A program made the translations under genes and the position numbers. A stretch of DNA of 63,670 nt, filler included, from Globobulimina sp. (Eukaryota), in the NCBI GenBank assembly GCA_003354225.1. It is 36 parts of 36 records of this genome, joined end to end, with 100 filler letters (N's around TTAATTAATTAA, not from the genome) between each part and the next. Parts side by side here need not be neighbours in the genome. Positions count along the whole stretch, not along the records: positions 60,231 to 61,900 come from PIVH01013348.1; positions 62,001 to 63,670 come from PIVH01013349.1; 34 more parts are not named here. One strand, given 5' to 3'. Shown here in pieces: positions 60,737-63,670 of this stretch; positions within the stretch are counted from its first letter, which is position 1, and the number at the start of each line of letters is the position of its first letter. A model generated the notes under the pieces. It made no database searches, was not told where the DNA came from, and was given only the letters and a program-made list of their open reading frames with translations.

Positions 60737-62140
60737 GTGGTGTAGAGTGGCGGTAAGCGTTTAAGCGACAAAAAGAGTTTCGGACTGAACTAGTAATCCG
60801 TTTTCAAGGTGAACGTAAATATTGGTAAGTAAATAAACTAGCAATCCGTGTAAATTTGTCTGAATGAAGATAAAAATAATTGCAAGAAGCTAGAGTAAAA
60901 ATAAGATCAAAAGGTTAGAATGCAGTGCATTCAAACAATTGATTTTCATTTGAATTTTTGATTCATTTGCAATTTAGTTTCTTCTTTTATTAATCAGTAA
61001 AATTACGGTTGAATTTGAATGCATTATCTTTTTTCCTTTGAATTGTGTCCTTTTTCATCAATTTACGTTTAATGGATTTGTTTGTATTATCACTGAAACA
61101 TTTATGACATTGTTTCTCGAATCGTTCGGAATTAAACGTATTTTGACTGATTTTGTCATTGCATGAAATACAATATCTTTGTGTCCTTTTCTGATTGGAA
61201 CACTTCATTGCTTTTACTTTTTTGTTAGGCATTTTAGCCTTGGTATTTGTGACGATTTGCTTCAAATTATTCAATGTTCACTTTTAAAATACTGCCATCC
61301 CGTTGACGCTAAACAAGCTAAAACCAAAAAAACTATTGGAAAGTCTAGAAACTGTCTGTGAGCTGGAATCTGACTTACACCTAAACATTATATCAGGAGT
61401 ATAAGGATTTATCAGAAATACTGCAAATGGAAAGTGTTAAATGATAGATTTCTGTCTTAACGAACAATATGACGTTCCACCCAAACATGATCCCAATGGT
61501 AATGCGATCCATTATGGTCACTTTTATCGTTTTCATTAAGATTTTCAACTATTTCCAAATCTGATTGATCTTAATTAACATTTGTGTCCTCAGTACATCT
61601 CCTTCTGAGATTTTCACCATTACAATAAAAATGATATTGTCTTCCTTTTGACAATTTATCTTGATCTTTTTGTCATTATGTTCGCAGCAGAACACTTACT
61701 TTCATCTGATACAGCTTTAACAATCATGAAAACGCCACTTGTATCCGTAGGCTGTCATGCTTTTGCCGTAACAAACACGCAAGATATGACCAGTCTGATA
61801 TCCATGCAATAGTTTAATGTGTATTGCTCGGTCCCATAGCTTCAACACTGTACCATCCAAACTTAGTTGTTCAATTTTTTTTTTTTTTTGTTTTGCTTCG
61901 NNNNNNNNNNNNNNNNNNNNNNNNNNNNNNNNNNNNNNNNNNNNTTAATTAATTAANNNNNNNNNNNNNNNNNNNNNNNNNNNNNNNNNNNNNNNNNNNN
62001 CGTTCGTATATTGGATAGGGGGAGGACCAACCACATTGCTCACAGATGTTTCAATAAAAAACGGTATATAAATAATTAAGTTTGAATAAAAAACATGACG
62101 ATTTAATTAATTCGCCTTACATTTAATTACTGCGTACACC

Positions 62141-63508
62141 CTATTGGATAGTTTCAAAATTGTCATCCAATAATATATTCTCGTTGTCATTATTGGTTCT
62201 ATCGTAACTGACAATGGTCTCACACTCTACACCTTCTCTCACATCCTCATCCATAGCAATACCATTTTCCATTCCATACATTTCCTCTCCTTCAGTAATC
62301 ATCCCATCATCCCCACCAATAACAAATTCTTCATTAACTCCCATATCCGTTTCATTAACAGCTGCCACAACATCACTATCACATTGCTCATATGCAGCAA
62401 CGTTGACATTTGCTCCAACTCCGAGAAAAACTTCATTTTCATTTGCATTGAAATGCTGATAATCATCCATTTTAACATAATGATTATCAAAATTCAATTC
62501 ATCAATTTTGTCATTTATTTGTTTACATCGATAAATCAAATAGGCACAAAATAAAATTACCAATAACACAATCAAAACACCAGACATAATCAATATATTT
62601 GTTACAAAATGGTCCACTGAGTCTCTTGCATTATCTCGCATCATTTCTGTAGATATAACAACATTTGATGCGTCAGTCAACGTTGTAAGCAAAGCGAGTT
62701 CTGTGGACCTAAAAATTGGAGCTGCAGTCGGTAAAAATGTTGGTGACAAACTAGTTGCTGCTGCTGCTGCGGAAGGAAAATTACTCGGCGATGATGATGG
62801 TACAATTGTTGGTGTCGCTGTAGGTATAAATGTTGCATTTTTGCTTGGGATATTGGTAGGAGATACGGTTAGATTTGCAAATGTTATGGGTGATATGGTT
62901 GGGCTGCATGTAATTAAATGGCCATTCCACGCAAAAGTACCATTCCATAATGCATTGGTGATATATTTATTTGGTTTGGATATATCAAAAAATAGTAACT
63001 GATGACGAGGATAACAAGCTGACATTTGGTCATTAACACATATTTTATTATATTGTTGAAATCCTGCACTGCAGTCAGTGCTGTTTGTAATTAAAAAATC
63101 TGCATATCGACCACCGAGATTTTGATTGCCTGCGTTGGGAATGCAAATAGAATTTATTCCATAAGTTATGCCAGCTTTTGTTGTTACAAAAACGTTTTCT
63201 AATGTAACAGAATCAGTTAATGATGGATTGACAATTAATAATTTATATTTTGGTGTATTATAATTACACCTAAATCTGTTGAGTGTTGAGTTTGGTGAAC
63301 AGGAATATGTTGTGTTTCTGTATGGATTAGATATAAGACAAAGATATATTGTATGATTAAACCATAGTGTTAGTTCAATTGTATGTGCAGTGCCATTAGC
63401 AACACCGGCAGCGGTCTTGAAACCAAATGATTGTACATCGAAAGTGGCAGTGATTACTGCAATATGGAACATGAAACATAGTATTTTACTGCCAATTATT
63501 ATTGCCAT
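62141..63508 (-). CDS. Type I membrane protein with PTxxP mucin-like stalk
   Basis: Signal peptide, Cys-containing ectodomain, SPTISP/PTATPT repeats, TM, acidic tail. Confidence 0.7.
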   Translation of the reverse strand: MAIIIGSKILCFMFHIAVITATFDVQSFGFKTAAGVANGTAHTIELTLWFNHTIYLCLISNPYRNTTYSCSPNSTLNRFRCNYNTPKYKLLIVNPSLTDSVTLENVFVTTKAGITYGINSICIPNAGNQNLGGRYADFLITNSTDCSAGFQQYNKICVNDQMSACYPRHQLLFFDISKPNKYITNALWNGTFAWNGHLITCSPTISPITFANLTVSPTNIPSKNATFIPTATPTIVPSSSPSNFPSAAAAATSLSPTFLPTAAPIFRSTELALLTTLTDASNVVISTEMMRDNARDSVDHFVTNILIMSGVLIVLLVILFCAYLIYRCKQINDKIDELNFDNHYVKMDDYQHFNANENEVFLGVGANVNVAAYEQCDSDVVAAVNETDMGVNEEFVIGGDDGMITEGEEMYGMENGIAMDEDVREGVECETIVSYDRTNNDNENILLDDNFETIQ

Positions 63509-63670
63509 TGGAGTAAAGAGGTAAAATTAAATTAAAGTTTTGACATATATAAAAAATCTTTATCGGAAGGAAAATAGGTTAATAATAAAATGTTAATGGT
63601 TCCCGATGAAACACAACCTTTAACAATTCAATTTTGACTTTCAATGTTTTTATTTTGAATAATCTGTAAA

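Noticed and set aside
1673-62000. Regularly spaced TTAATTAATTAA repeat as a biological array
   Set aside because: It is an N-flanked concatenation linker between length-sorted contigs

Overview
This window is not contiguous DNA. It is 36 length-sorted contigs (1672 down to 1670 bp) joined by a 100-nt linker (N44-TTAATTAATTAA-N44), so adjacency across linkers carries no biological meaning. Nearly all contigs come from an AT-rich eukaryote with short GT-AG introns (about 50-80 nt) and the standard genetic code; a foraminiferan/rhizarian source is my inference from the gene repertoire. Recognisable genes include NUDT6-like Nudix, an MKP-type DUSP, clathrin heavy chain, NSE2, a divergent VPS4, PP1, PGDH, TRAP1, METTL5, a villin headpiece, SUEL lectins and an ART-domain protein, plus LINE, DIRS-like and Ty3/gypsy remnants. 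One contig (12405-14076) is bacterial: arsR, an ArsP-type permease, a MITE and probable operators. Many contigs switch abruptly between unrelated sequences, which suggests amplification or assembly chimeras. The most notable observations are: an unidentified, highly base-paired (G-U-rich, + strand) non-coding element of about 570 nt with long-range pairings at 4227-4795; a hairpin-repeat/unique-spacer array at 43728-44193; virus-like genes (tandem NUMOD4-HNH, a PrimPol-like fragment); a VPS4 paralogue with a mutated Walker B; and a recurring F-box/SOCS-like motif.
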